A stretch of 64,000 nt of DNA from an uncultured Chloroflexia bacterium (GTDB lineage Bacteria > Chloroflexota > Limnocylindria > Limnocylindrales > CSP1-4), in NCBI GenBank assembly GCA_963713975.1, contig OY970218.1, positions 1,664,001 to 1,728,000 on the forward strand. Direction: 5' to 3'. Each line of letters opens with the position of its first letter. Position 1 is the first letter of the stretch. Under the pieces are notes generated by a model. That model searched no databases. It was not told the origin of the DNA and saw only the letters and a program-made list of their open reading frames with translations. Shown piece by piece: positions 27,707 to 37,788 of this stretch. The position numbers and the translations under genes are program-made.

Positions 27707-29086
27707 GTGGCTGCTGACACGAACGCTCACGGCACCAATGAGTTCCGCCGCGCCTTTCAGGGCCAGGTGATCGTTCCGGGTGACGATGCCTACGACCGCG
27801 CCCGCCGGGTCCAGAATGCGGCCGCGGACCGGCGCCCGGCCCTTGTCGTCAGGCCCCTGGACGCGGCGGACGTCGCGCTCGCCGTGACGCACGCCCAGCG
27901 GGCGAACCTGCCGCTTGTCGTGCGGGCCGGCGGTCATAGCATGGCCGGCCACGGGACCGGTGACGGGGCACTCGTCGTGGACCTGTCCGCGATGCGCGGG
28001 ATCGATATCGACGTCGCTGGCCGGACGGCCTGGGCCGACGGGGGCATCCTTGCCGGCGAGTACACGAGCGCGACCCACGCCCACGGCCTCGTGACGCCGT
28101 TCGGGGACTTCGGTTCGGTGGGCGTCGCCGGGATCACCCTGGGCGGCGGCGTCGGCTGGCTGGTGCGCAAGTACGGGATGACGATCGACAGCCTGCTCGC
28201 GGTGGAGATCGTCACCGCCGACGGCCGCCGTCGAATGGCCAGCCCCGACCAGGATGCGGACCTGTTCTGGGCCGTGTGTGGTGCGGGGGCCAACTTCGGC
28301 GTGGCCACGCGCCTGCAGTTCCGGCTCCACCCGCTCGGGAACGTCCTCGCCGGCGACCTCGTGCTGCCGGCCACGCGCCCGGTCCTGCGGAGCCTGGTCC
28401 CGGTCCTGCGTGCCGCGCCCGACGAGCTGACCGCGATCGTGAACATCATGCTCGCGCCGCCGGACCCGTCGATCCCCGACGAGCACCGCGGGCACCCGGT
28501 CGTGTACCTCTCGGTCATCTGGTCCGGTGCGGCGGACGACGGGGAGCGGGCGCTGGCGCCATTGCGGGCGCTCGGGCAGGCCTTCGCCGACACCGTCACG
28601 GAGAAGCCCTATCCGGACGTGTTCCTCCCGGTGGACCGGGACCACGTGTCGACCTGGGGGGCCTCGGCCCGCGCGCTGTTCCTCGAGTCACTCGAGGACC
28701 CGATGATCGACATCATCGAACATCGCCTGGGGGAGCCCGGCGCGCCGCACGCGGTCGTCCAACTGCGAGTGCTCGGCGGCGCCATGGCACGGGTTGCCAA
28801 CGATGCCGCGGCATACGGATGGCGGGATCGGTCCGCCGTGATGTGGATCATCACGCCCTACGAGGACCTGGAGCGCGCGGCCGAGCACGACGCCTGGACG
28901 GCGGCGTTCCGCTCCGAGCCGGCGACCGGTGATGACGCAACCTACCTGAACTTCATGGGCGCCGAGACCGCGGACGCCGTGCGCGCCGCCTACCCCGCGG
29001 CAACGTACGCGCGGCTGCGCGAGCTCAAGCGGCGGTACGACCCGGACAACGTCTTCCGCACGAACCACAACATCCCACCTGGGTGA
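27707..29086 (+). CDS. FAD-binding oxidoreductase, BBE/VAO family
   Basis: RAGGHS (covalent FAD His), VGVAGITLGGG, DLFWA..GAG.NFGV, YLNF, RLRELKRRYDPDNVFRTN. Confidence 0.95.
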   Translation: MAADTNAHGTNEFRRAFQGQVIVPGDDAYDRARRVQNAAADRRPALVVRPLDAADVALAVTHAQRANLPLVVRAGGHSMAGHGTGDGALVVDLSAMRGIDIDVAGRTAWADGGILAGEYTSATHAHGLVTPFGDFGSVGVAGITLGGGVGWLVRKYGMTIDSLLAVEIVTADGRRRMASPDQDADLFWAVCGAGANFGVATRLQFRLHPLGNVLAGDLVLPATRPVLRSLVPVLRAAPDELTAIVNIMLAPPDPSIPDEHRGHPVVYLSVIWSGAADDGERALAPLRALGQAFADTVTEKPYPDVFLPVDRDHVSTWGASARALFLESLEDPMIDIIEHRLGEPGAPHAVVQLRVLGGAMARVANDAAAYGWRDRSAVMWIITPYEDLERAAEHDAWTAAFRSEPATGDDATYLNFMGAETADAVRAAYPAATYARLRELKRRYDPDNVFRTNHNIPPG

Positions 29087-30102
29087 CCGCCCGACGCCTC
29101 CTCGACCGTGCGCGGATTCTCGCGGTGAGGCGGCGGGTCGGCGCGCTCGACGAGCGGCTGCCCTGGGGACCCGGGGCGCTCCGTCGGGCAGCGTTGGCGG
29201 GCCTGCAGGACAGCATGCCCAGGGCAGCGCTGCTCTCGATCCACGCCCGGGTGCATGGGACCGTTCCCGACGCATGGGAGGACCCCGCGCTCGTCCAGGT
29301 GTGGGGACCGCGGTTCAGCGCGTACGCCGTCGCGGCGGAGGACCGCGCGGTGTTCACGCTCGGGCGCATGTCTGTCGATGCGACCGGACTCCGACGCGCG
29401 CAGGAGACGGCCGATGGGCTCGATGCCTTCCTGGCAGGTCGCCGGATGCCTTTCGGCGAGGCGGGGCGGGGCATGGGCGTCTCCCACAACTCGCTGCGCT
29501 ACGGCACGACGACCGGCCGCCTCCTGATCCGCTGGGACGGGGCTCGCCAGCCCACCGTCTGGACGGTCCCGGCGCCGGGGGTGGACGCAGGTGAGGCGAG
29601 ACTCGAGCTCGCGCGCCGGTACCTGCGCGTCTTCGGCGTGGGCACGCCGGCCGGGTTCAGCACCTGGGCGGGCGTCAAGTCGGTCCATGCGCAGGCGGTC
29701 TTCACGACGCTCGCGACATCGCTCCTGCCCGTGCTGACACCCGTCGGCGAGGCATGGATCCTGGCGGAGGACGAACCGGCCTTCGGTGAGCCGCTCGCGC
29801 CCCCGGCACCGGCGCGTCTCCTGCCCAGCGGCGACGTCTACTCCCTGCTCCAGGGCGACGACCGCGCGCTCCTCGTGCCTGACGAGGCTCGTCGGCGCGA
29901 GCTCTGGACGCCCCGCGTCTGGCCCGGCGCGGTGCTCGTGGGCGGTGAGGTCGCCGGCGCCTGGCGACGCGCGGGCGCGAGGGTGACCGTCGACGCGTGG
30001 CGACGCCTGACGCCGGCCGAGCGTGAGGCGGTCGAGGCCGAGGCGGCGTCGCTGCCACTCCCCGGCGCGGCGGGTCGGATCACGGTGACCTGGGCCGGCT
30101 GA
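29083..30102 (+). CDS. Winged-helix HTH_42 protein (AlkZ/YcaQ DNA glycosylase family)
   Basis: AGLQDSMPRAALLSIHARV, LARRYLRVFG..TPAGFSTWAG, RLLPSGD, GAVLVGGEVAGAWRR; GTGA overlap with the upstream gene. Confidence 0.82.
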   Translation: MTARRLLDRARILAVRRRVGALDERLPWGPGALRRAALAGLQDSMPRAALLSIHARVHGTVPDAWEDPALVQVWGPRFSAYAVAAEDRAVFTLGRMSVDATGLRRAQETADGLDAFLAGRRMPFGEAGRGMGVSHNSLRYGTTTGRLLIRWDGARQPTVWTVPAPGVDAGEARLELARRYLRVFGVGTPAGFSTWAGVKSVHAQAVFTTLATSLLPVLTPVGEAWILAEDEPAFGEPLAPPAPARLLPSGDVYSLLQGDDRALLVPDEARRRELWTPRVWPGAVLVGGEVAGAWRRAGARVTVDAWRRLTPAEREAVEAEAASLPLPGAAGRITVTWAG

Positions 30103-30223
30103 TCTGCAGGGGCGCGACGGGGGCCCGGGCCCTCGAGGCGCACGCATCCGCAGTCGCCGGCTACGCCTCGCCGGCCACGCCTCTCCAGCGCGCCTCACGG
30201 CCGCCGGCCGCGCATGCGATTGC

Positions 30224-32878
30224 CTATCCCATCGACAGGATGCCCAGCAATCGAGCCCGGGCGACGGCCTCGGTGCGGCTGCTCACGTCCAGCTTGGCGT
30301 AGATACTGCGGACGTGGGCCTTCACGGTATGCGGTGAGAGGAACAGCCGCTCGGCGATGCCCTGGTTGGACAGCCCCTCGGCGATGAGCCCGAGCAGCTC
30401 GAGCTCCCGCTTGCTCAACGGCTCTGCGAGGCCGAACGTGCTGGGTGGATGACCTCCATACGAAGCCGGAGTGCCCAGCCAGCCGCCGGTCTTGTCCGTG
30501 GCGAAGACGGCCAGCAGCCGCAGGCAGTACTCGGGATGCAGCCCCTCGGCCGCCGCCTCCCGCAGCAGGCGGGCCATCAGCGGTCCTTCGTCCACGAAGA
30601 GCCGGACGAAGCCCTCCGGCTCGCCGATCTCCATGGCTTCGCCGAGCAGCAACAGCGCCTCGCCGGTATCGCCCGCCGCACGATGGGCGAGCGCCTGCAG
30701 GACCAGTGCCCTCAGCCGCCCGTCCAGCAAGGCCTGTGACTCGGCCTGGCGGCGATATGGCTCGAGCGCGGACAACGCGCCCTCCGCGTCTCCCCGCGCC
30801 AGGGACACTCGAGCATGGGTCAGTGGGAGGGCGAACTCATCGGAGAGCCGCGCCGCCCCGTCCAGATCGCCTCTTCGGAGACGGATCATCGCCTGGGCGG
30901 CCGCGACCCTGGGTGCCTCGTGGACGTATTCGCCCTCGCGCACCGAAGATTCGGCCTCGGCCAGGATGCGGGCCGCCTCGTCCAGATCACCCTGTGCCAA
31001 CTTGACGCGAGCGAGCAGCACCTGGCAGGCCACCGGTCGATCGGTGTCCTGAATCTGACGCGCAAGCCCAAGGCCCGCCTGGCCCCGCTCCCAAGCGGCA
31101 TCCAGGTCGTTCCACTCGTAGCGGATGCGGCCCAGGCCGAGGTGGGCGTCGGAGATCCACAGGTAGGGCAGATCGGCCGCCAGCCGGATCGTCTCCTCGT
31201 ACGTTTCGGCGGCCAGCCGGAGCTCGTTGTCGAGTTCCTCGATCCCGGCGAGCCCGATCGAGGCCGCCATCTCCCCGAACCGGTAGCCCGACGCCCGGCT
31301 CATCGACAGTGCCCCGCCGTACGTCTTCCGCGCCTCCGCTCGATCGCCGCGAACCTCGTGGGCGTAGCCCGACGCCCAGGCGGCGAGCGCTCGAGTCACC
31401 TCGTCCGAGGAGAGAAGCTCCAGCGCCTCCTTCGACGCGATGATCATGTCGTCCGCCCGGTGCTGGAGGAACGCAAGCAGAGCCCGAAGGCGGCCGATCC
31501 AGCCCAGGAGGCCGCGAGTCGTCCCGTCGTCCGCCCACGTCTGCAGCGTCGCCTCCGCGGCGGCGAGCATCTCCTCGATACCCACCGTCCGGCCGGATCC
31601 GAGCAACAACACGTCCGCGTAGCTGATGCGCAGGGACGGCCGCGCGTCCAGGGCCTCCACTGGGAGCGAGGAGAGCCAGGCGACAGCAGGCGCCACCGCG
31701 CCGCGGACCTGCAGCGACGGACCCCTGCCCCTGATCAGGTGCTCGGCACGTTCGATGTCGTGGCCGGCCGCGGCGTGCCGGAAGGCCTCGAGGTCGAAGC
31801 CGTTGTCCTCGCACCACCGGCTCGCTCGCCCGTGGAGCTCGTCCACGATCGCGTCGGGCTCGGACTGCCCGAGCCGCTGCCGGAGCAGGTCGCCGAAGAG
31901 GTGGTGGTAGCGGTACCAGCGGCGCTCGCCGTCCAGGGGAACGACGAACAGGTTCGCCCGCTCGAGATGCTCGAGCGTCTGCCGGCCCGGCGTTGAGGGG
32001 TCCAAGGTCACGGCATCGCACAGGGGTCCGCACAGTCGATCCAGGATCGAGGTGCGGAGCAGGAACTCGCCGATGGCCGGCGGCTGGCGCGCAAGGACCT
32101 CCTCGACCAGGTAGTCGAGCACGAAGCGGTGGCTCCCCGAGAACGACCGGATGAACTCGGCGGGATCCTCGTGTCCCTGGAGAGAGATGGCGGCGAGCTG
32201 GAGGCCGGCGATCCAGCCCTCCGTGGTCGTGTCGAGCGCGTGGACGTCCGCCGTCGAAAGACCGAGGTCCATCACCTGGTTCAGGAACGCGGCGCTCTCC
32301 TCGGGAGTGAAACGCAGGTCCGCGGCGCGAACCTCGTTCAGCTCGGCCCTGGCGCGCATTCGCGCGAGCGGCAGGGCGGGATCCTCACGAGTGGCGATGA
32401 CCACGTGCATCCGCGACGGAAGGTGTTCGACGAGGAAGGCCACGGCTTGATCGACCGGCTTCGCCTCCAGGCAGTGGTAGTCGTCAAGCACCAGCACGAT
32501 ATCCGCGGAGGCGGTGGCGAGCTCATTCAGGAGCGGCGTCAGCGTCTCCTCGACCGGCGGCGACTGACGCGAGCCGAGGGTGGCGAGCACACTCTCACCG
32601 ATGCCCGGCACGACGTTCCGCAGCGCTGCCACGAGGTGCGCAAGGAACCGGTCTGGATCGCTGTCCCCTTCGTCCAGGGAAAGCCACGCGACCGGCAGGT
32701 CGCACGCGCCGACCCACTCTGCGACCAGGGTGCTCTTGCCGAAGCCCGCCGGCGCCGCGACGAGCGTCAGCCTGCGCCGGAGGCCCTCATCGAGCCGCTG
32801 CTCGAGACGCGGTCGCAGGACCATCCGGGACCGGCGCGGCGGCACGTAGAGCTTGGTCGCCAGGATCGCCGTCGACAC
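30224..32878 (-). CDS. MalT-like STAND ATPase/TPR/LuxR transcriptional activator (copy 1)
   Basis: LATKLYVP, Walker [45 protein letters not shown], LuxR HTH LSKRELE...HTVKAHVRSIYAKL; TATGAT -10 box 6 nt before GTG. Confidence 0.95.
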   Translation of the reverse strand: MSTAILATKLYVPPRRSRMVLRPRLEQRLDEGLRRRLTLVAAPAGFGKSTLVAEWVGACDLPVAWLSLDEGDSDPDRFLAHLVAALRNVVPGIGESVLATLGSRQSPPVEETLTPLLNELATASADIVLVLDDYHCLEAKPVDQAVAFLVEHLPSRMHVVIATREDPALPLARMRARAELNEVRAADLRFTPEESAAFLNQVMDLGLSTADVHALDTTTEGWIAGLQLAAISLQGHEDPAEFIRSFSGSHRFVLDYLVEEVLARQPPAIGEFLLRTSILDRLCGPLCDAVTLDPSTPGRQTLEHLERANLFVVPLDGERRWYRYHHLFGDLLRQRLGQSEPDAIVDELHGRASRWCEDNGFDLEAFRHAAAGHDIERAEHLIRGRGPSLQVRGAVAPAVAWLSSLPVEALDARPSLRISYADVLLLGSGRTVGIEEMLAAAEATLQTWADDGTTRGLLGWIGRLRALLAFLQHRADDMIIASKEALELLSSDEVTRALAAWASGYAHEVRGDRAEARKTYGGALSMSRASGYRFGEMAASIGLAGIEELDNELRLAAETYEETIRLAADLPYLWISDAHLGLGRIRYEWNDLDAAWERGQAGLGLARQIQDTDRPVACQVLLARVKLAQGDLDEAARILAEAESSVREGEYVHEAPRVAAAQAMIRLRRGDLDGAARLSDEFALPLTHARVSLARGDAEGALSALEPYRRQAESQALLDGRLRALVLQALAHRAAGDTGEALLLLGEAMEIGEPEGFVRLFVDEGPLMARLLREAAAEGLHPEYCLRLLAVFATDKTGGWLGTPASYGGHPPSTFGLAEPLSKRELELLGLIAEGLSNQGIAERLFLSPHTVKAHVRSIYAKLDVSSRTEAVARARLLGILSMG

Positions 32879-32944
32879 GACCGGATCATAGGCGTCGGGA
32901 CGGTGCGTAGTCGGGGTTCGACGCGCCTACCCGGGCCCCGTGAA

Positions 32945-33000
32945 TACCTCTCCGATTACCTCTCGGGAGGTATGACACCCGGACGCTGCCAACCGATGCT
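32945..33000 (+). promoter_or_regulatory. LuxR-type activator box plus promoter (locus 1)
   Basis: TACCTCTCGGGAGGTA (32957-32972), extra half-site TACCTCT (32945-32951), then ATGACA-17 nt-GATGCT. Confidence 0.75.
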
Positions 33001-33054
33001 GGCCCTGCCCAGCCGATGGGCACCGCCACCAGAGGCATCGAGGCCAGGAACGCA

Positions 33055-33372
33055 ATGTCCGATGACATCGAGCCCCGTCCGGAGACGAGTCAAACGGCGG
33101 CATATGAGATCCGGGTCGGGGGCCACCTCGGATCTGCGTGGTCCGACTGGTTCACGGGTCTCCGCGTCACGCCCGAGGACAACGGCGACACCCTCCTTGC
33201 GGGCCCCCTCGACCAGGCGGCGCTGCACGGCGTCCTGCGACGGGTTCGCGATCTCGGCATGCCGCTGATCGCCGTGACTCGGATCGAGTCGGGACGACGC
33301 GTGCCTCAAGCCTCGCTCTCGTCAACGTCAACCACGGAAGGGAGACAGGACAGTGAACACGAACCGAACTAA
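33055..33372 (+). CDS. Small conserved hypothetical DQAALHG protein (copy 1)
   Basis: YEIRVGGHLGSAWSDWFTGL...DQAALHGVLRRVRDLGMPLIAV; two paralogues elsewhere in this window. Confidence 0.9.
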   Translation: MSDDIEPRPETSQTAAYEIRVGGHLGSAWSDWFTGLRVTPEDNGDTLLAGPLDQAALHGVLRRVRDLGMPLIAVTRIESGRRVPQASLSSTSTTEGRQDSEHEPN

Positions 33373-34102
33373 CGCCGCAGCTGCGGGGAAGCCCGGCATG
33401 AGCGCGGATCGGAAGGCCGCCGTCTGGATCGGCGTGCTGTACATCATCGGGACGGTGGGCCTCGTGCTCAGCGCGGTCGTAACAGGACCGATCTTCGAGG
33501 GCCCGGACGTCCTGGCCCAGGTCGCCGCGCAGCCCAGCCAGGTGGCGATCGGAGCGCTGCTCGTCCTGGTGGCGGGCTTCTCGCTCGCGATGGTCCCGGT
33601 CGTGTTCTGGTCGATCGGCAAGCGGTACAACGAGACGCTGGCGATGGGGTATGTGGTGTTTCGTGGCGGGCAGGAGATGGTCATGTACCTCGCCACCGCC
33701 CTGGGGTGGCTGATCCTGATCGCGCTCAGCACGGAGCCGGATGTTGCGCCGCTCGCCGGCTTCCTGCGCACCGCCGAAGCCGTGGCCTGGGACCAGCTGC
33801 TCGCCATCCCGTTCGCTCTCGGCGCGCTCATGTTCTATGTCGTGCTGTATCAATCTCGGCTCGTGCCCAGGTGGTTGTCCGTCTGGGGGCTCGCGGGGGC
33901 CGTGCTCTACATCGGCGCGCCGCTAGGGAGCATGTTCGGGCTCTCGCTCGGCGTCCTCATGGTCCCACTTGCCTTGCAGGAGATGACCATGGCGGTGTGG
34001 CTGATCGCCAGGGGCTTCAACGCTCCTGCCGCCGCCGCCGAGTCTGCCATCGCTGCAGCACCTGCGATCGAGACCTCGCTGGCCGGCTCGGGTGCCCTGT
34101 GA
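33353..34102 (+). CDS. DUF4386-family membrane protein
   Basis: GVLYII, ALAMGYVVFR-like segment, LYQSRLVPRWLSVWGL, PLALQEMTMAVWLIARGF; about six TM helices. Confidence 0.85.
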   Translation: MNTNRTNAAAAGKPGMSADRKAAVWIGVLYIIGTVGLVLSAVVTGPIFEGPDVLAQVAAQPSQVAIGALLVLVAGFSLAMVPVVFWSIGKRYNETLAMGYVVFRGGQEMVMYLATALGWLILIALSTEPDVAPLAGFLRTAEAVAWDQLLAIPFALGALMFYVVLYQSRLVPRWLSVWGLAGAVLYIGAPLGSMFGLSLGVLMVPLALQEMTMAVWLIARGFNAPAAAAESAIAAAPAIETSLAGSGAL

Positions 34103-34249
34103 CGCCCCGGTGATGATCCCGGAGACACGGCCCCTTGCCCAGTCTCAAGGAACCCGTTCCGTGCGCTCCGTCGTCTCTGCCACGCCACGACAACAGATCG
34201 ACCAAGGTATCGCCCTAGCCGCTGGTCAACCACGGGAGAAACCGGAACC

Positions 34250-34708
34250 ATGACTCGCATCACCACGACGAAAGCGCTTCTAGCACTGCTCGGACTGCTC
34301 GTCATCGGGCTGGTTGCCGTCGGCGTTGTCGGCACGTGGCCCACTGCCAGGGCCGCCGTGACGATGAGCGCCAGCTGCGACCAGTTCGACGCCCAGAAGG
34401 GCATCACCCAGACGGCCGAGGTGTTCGTCGGCGACGAGGTCACGGTGACGCTCTGCTCGAACCCGACGACCGGCTTTGCCTGGCAGGAGCCGGAGATCTC
34501 GGACGTTGGGACGGTGAGCCTCGCAGACAAGACCTTCGGCGCACCGGTCGCCGGCGAGTCGACGGCCGTCGGCGCGGCGGGCACCGACTACGTCACCCTC
34601 AAGGCGACCGCCAAGGGCACGAGCACGATCGTCCTGCACTACAGCCAGCCGTGGGCCGGCGACACGTCCAATGCGTGGACCTACACACTGACGGTGACGG
34701 TCCGGTAG
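34250..34708 (+). CDS. Secreted chagasin-family (I42) cysteine-protease inhibitor
   Basis: Signal anchor; the three chagasin loops [13 protein letters not shown] and YSQPW. Confidence 0.88.
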   Translation: MTRITTTKALLALLGLLVIGLVAVGVVGTWPTARAAVTMSASCDQFDAQKGITQTAEVFVGDEVTVTLCSNPTTGFAWQEPEISDVGTVSLADKTFGAPVAGESTAVGAAGTDYVTLKATAKGTSTIVLHYSQPWAGDTSNAWTYTLTVTVR

Positions 34709-34742
34709 CCCCGGCGGCCGCAGCCCGGCGGCTGCCCCGTTG

Positions 34743-34767
34743 CGAGCGCCCGCCAGGCGGGCGCTCG
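34743..34767 (+). terminator. Terminator-like hairpin
   Basis: CGAGCGCCCGC-CAG-GCGGGCGCTCG perfect 11-bp stem 35 nt after the chagasin stop. Confidence 0.6.
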
Positions 34768-34898
34768 TGACGATTCAGTTCAGCACGTGGGGCGACGTGC
34801 CTCCGATGACCCAGGACACGCCATCGCGTCCGCGGTGGCCGTCGCATGTCTGCACGGGAGACGATCATCCCCGGGACCAGCGTCTCTATAGTTGCTCG

Positions 34899-37598
34899 GT
34901 GCCCGCGCCGATCCTGGCCACCAAGCTGCACATCCCACCTTCGCGGCGAAGGATGGTCCTCCGTCCGCGACTGATCGAGCGGCTGGACGAGGGCCTCGCT
35001 GCCGGCCACAGGCTGACCCTCGTCTCCGCTCCCGCCGGCTTCGGGAAGACCACCCTGGTGAGCGAATGGGTCGCGGGCTGCGGACGACCGGCGGCGTGGG
35101 TGTCGCTCGACGCCGGTGACAGCGACCCCAGCCGCCTTCTGACCTACCTGATCGCGGCCCTGCAGACGGTTGCACCAGGGATTGGAGACGGCGTGCTGGC
35201 CGGGCTCCAATCGCCGCAGCCCTCGCCATCCGAGTTGATCCTGACGACCCTGCTCAACGAGCTCACCGCGATCCCGAGCACCGTCGTGCTGGTTCTCGAC
35301 GACTGCCATGTCCTCGATGCCCGGCCGGTGGACGATGCGCTGGCCTTCCTGGTCGCACATCTCCCGCCAAATGTGCACCTGGTCATCGCGACCCGGGAGG
35401 ATCCCGCCCTGCCCATGGCCCGGCTGCGCGCCCGGGGGCAGATGACCGAGCTGCGCGCCGCCGATCTCCGCTTCACCCCGTCCGAAGCCGCCGAGTTTCT
35501 CAACCAGGTGATGGGTCTGGATCTCGCCGCCGACGACATCGCCGCCCTGGAATCTCGCACCGAAGGCTGGATTGCAGGCCTGCAGCTGGCCGCGATCTCA
35601 CTGCAGGGCCGTGACGATGCCGCGGGCTTCATCGCCTCGTTCGCCGGCAGCCACCACTTCGTGCTCGACTACCTGGTCGAAGAGGTCCTCCATCGGCAGC
35701 CCGAACCCATCCAGACCTTCCTGCTCTGCACGTCCATCCTCGATCGGCTCTGCGGCCCCCTGTGCGACGCCGTCCTGCATGGGGATGGCGACCCGCAACC
35801 CATCCGCTCCGCATCCGGACAGGAGATCCTGGGATATCTCGAACACGCAAACCTGTTCGTCGTCCCCCTTGACAACGAGCGGCGCTGGTACCGCTATCAC
35901 CATCTGTTCGCCGATCTGCTGCGGCAGCGGTTGCACGAGGGTGCCGAGCCGTTCGAGGGAGATGGTGGATTGGGCGTGGCCCAGCTGCACAGCCGCGCCA
36001 GCCAATGGTATGAAGATCAGGGCCTGGATGTTGAAGCCTTTCACCACGCGGCAGCCGCCAACGATGTCGATCGCGCCGAGCACCTGATCGATATCAAGGG
36101 GCTGCATCTGCATTTGCGTGGAGTGACCGCCACACGAGACTGGCTGGCGTCGCTGCCGAACTCGGTACTGGATGCCAGGCCCTCGCTGCGGGTGAGGTCA
36201 GCCATGCTCTCGCTCGTTGCCGGACGGTCGACCGGTGTGGAGGAGAATCTGCAGGCCGCTGAAACAGCCCTTGCAGGTGCGGAGCTGGACGACAGGACCC
36301 GGGACCTTGTCGGACAGATTGCCGCCGCCAGGGCTACCTTGGCGGGCGTCCGCCACGAGCCGGAAGTCGCGATCACCCAGGCGCGCCGTGCGCTGGAGTA
36401 CCTGCATCCCGACAACCGGTCTTCCCGTTGCAGGGCGAACTGGACCGCGGGGATGGCCTTCATGGCCCGGGGAGAACGCGATGCGGCCGATCAGGCCTTC
36501 GCGGAAGCCCTGGCGATCGCCCAGGTGTCCAGGAGTCCTGTCGACATCACGCTGGCCGCAACCTGCCTGGGAGAGATACAGGAACTGGGAAACCAGCTGT
36601 ATCCGGCGGCCGAGACCTATCGGCAGGTTCTGCAATTGCTCGGTGATCAGCTGCGGCCGGTTGACTACCGCACCCACCTTGGCCTGGCCCGCGTCCTCTA
36701 CGAGTGGAACGACCTTGAGGCCGCCGAACAGCACGCGCTGCAGGCCTTCGAATTGGCGCGGCAGTATGACCGCGCGATTGACAGGTTCATTCTGAGCGAG
36801 CTGTTCCTGGCCCGCCTGAAGCTGGCCCGGGGAGATGTGGCCGGCGCGGCCGCCATGTTGGCGGAGACCGAGCAGTGTGTACGCCAGAACAGCTTCGTAC
36901 ATCGGATGCCTGAGGTTGCCGCTGCCCGCGTGCTGGCGTTGCTGCAGCAGGGCGATCTGGCGGGCGCCGCGCACCTGGCCCACGCGCATGACCTCCCCCT
37001 CAGTCAGGCTCGGGTACACCTCGCTCAGGGAGATCCCGCCGCAGCGCTGGCGGTGCTGGAGCCGTATCGCCGGCGGGTGGAGGAACGGGCCTGGGCGGAT
37101 GAGCAGCTCAAGACCATGATCCTGCGGGCCATCGCCTTCCAGGCCCTTGGCGAGCGGACCAGGGCCGTGGAGCTCCTGGACGAAGCGCTGGCAGTGGCCG
37201 AGCCGGGGGGCTTCATCCGCATCTTCGTCGATGAAGGTCCACCGATGACTCGCCTGCTCTGCGAGGCGCTGTCCCAGGGGGTTCAGCCGGGCTACGTTCG
37301 GAGGTTGCTGGCGGCGTTTCCCGTCGATGAACCCGATGCAGGCGCCCCACCGATGACGCCGGGCGCTGGAGCCCGCCTGGCCGAACCGCTGAGCAAGCGC
37401 GAGCTCGAAGTGCTCCCTCTCCTTGCCGAAGGGCTGTCCAACCAGGAGATCGCCGCCAGGTTGTACCTGTCCCTGCACACGGTGAAGGCGCATGCCCGCA
37501 GCATCTACGCCAAGCTCGGTGTGAACAGCCGCACGCAGGCAGCCGCCAGGGCGCGAGCCCTGGGATACCTGTCCCATGGCGGCCGACCGGACGCGTGA
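34899..37598 (+). CDS. MalT-like STAND ATPase/TPR/LuxR transcriptional activator (copy 2)
   Basis: [50 protein letters not shown]...[14 protein letters not shown]; TATAGT -10 box 6 nt before GTG 34899. Confidence 0.95.
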   Translation: MPAPILATKLHIPPSRRRMVLRPRLIERLDEGLAAGHRLTLVSAPAGFGKTTLVSEWVAGCGRPAAWVSLDAGDSDPSRLLTYLIAALQTVAPGIGDGVLAGLQSPQPSPSELILTTLLNELTAIPSTVVLVLDDCHVLDARPVDDALAFLVAHLPPNVHLVIATREDPALPMARLRARGQMTELRAADLRFTPSEAAEFLNQVMGLDLAADDIAALESRTEGWIAGLQLAAISLQGRDDAAGFIASFAGSHHFVLDYLVEEVLHRQPEPIQTFLLCTSILDRLCGPLCDAVLHGDGDPQPIRSASGQEILGYLEHANLFVVPLDNERRWYRYHHLFADLLRQRLHEGAEPFEGDGGLGVAQLHSRASQWYEDQGLDVEAFHHAAAANDVDRAEHLIDIKGLHLHLRGVTATRDWLASLPNSVLDARPSLRVRSAMLSLVAGRSTGVEENLQAAETALAGAELDDRTRDLVGQIAAARATLAGVRHEPEVAITQARRALEYLHPDNRSSRCRANWTAGMAFMARGERDAADQAFAEALAIAQVSRSPVDITLAATCLGEIQELGNQLYPAAETYRQVLQLLGDQLRPVDYRTHLGLARVLYEWNDLEAAEQHALQAFELARQYDRAIDRFILSELFLARLKLARGDVAGAAAMLAETEQCVRQNSFVHRMPEVAAARVLALLQQGDLAGAAHLAHAHDLPLSQARVHLAQGDPAAALAVLEPYRRRVEERAWADEQLKTMILRAIAFQALGERTRAVELLDEALAVAEPGGFIRIFVDEGPPMTRLLCEALSQGVQPGYVRRLLAAFPVDEPDAGAPPMTPGAGARLAEPLSKRELEVLPLLAEGLSNQEIAARLYLSLHTVKAHARSIYAKLGVNSRTQAAARARALGYLSHGGRPDA

Positions 37599-37685
37599 GC
37601 TGAGGGTCTCCGCGAGCGAGACCCGGGCGGGCCGGGGGCCGATCGCCGTGTCCGCATTCCCGCACGCCCGGGATTAGTCCCCCGA

Positions 37686-37730
37686 ATACCTCCCGGGAGG
37701 TATGACACGCATCCCGCGCCGGGACATGCT
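37686..37730 (+). promoter_or_regulatory. LuxR-type activator box plus promoter (locus 2)
   Basis: Perfect 18-bp palindrome ATACCTCCCGGGAGGTAT (37686-37703) overlapping ATGACA-17 nt-CATGCT. Confidence 0.8.
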
Positions 37731-37788
37731 GCCCGTGCAGTCCACCGATGGGTGGCTGGCACTGATCAGCCGCAACAGGCACGGAGCG

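Noticed and set aside
30224-37598. STAND ATPases considered as Avs/NLR-like antiphage defence proteins
   Set aside because: They carry C-terminal LuxR HTH domains and MalT-type motifs with no nuclease, TIR or SIR2 effector, so a transcriptional role is better supported.
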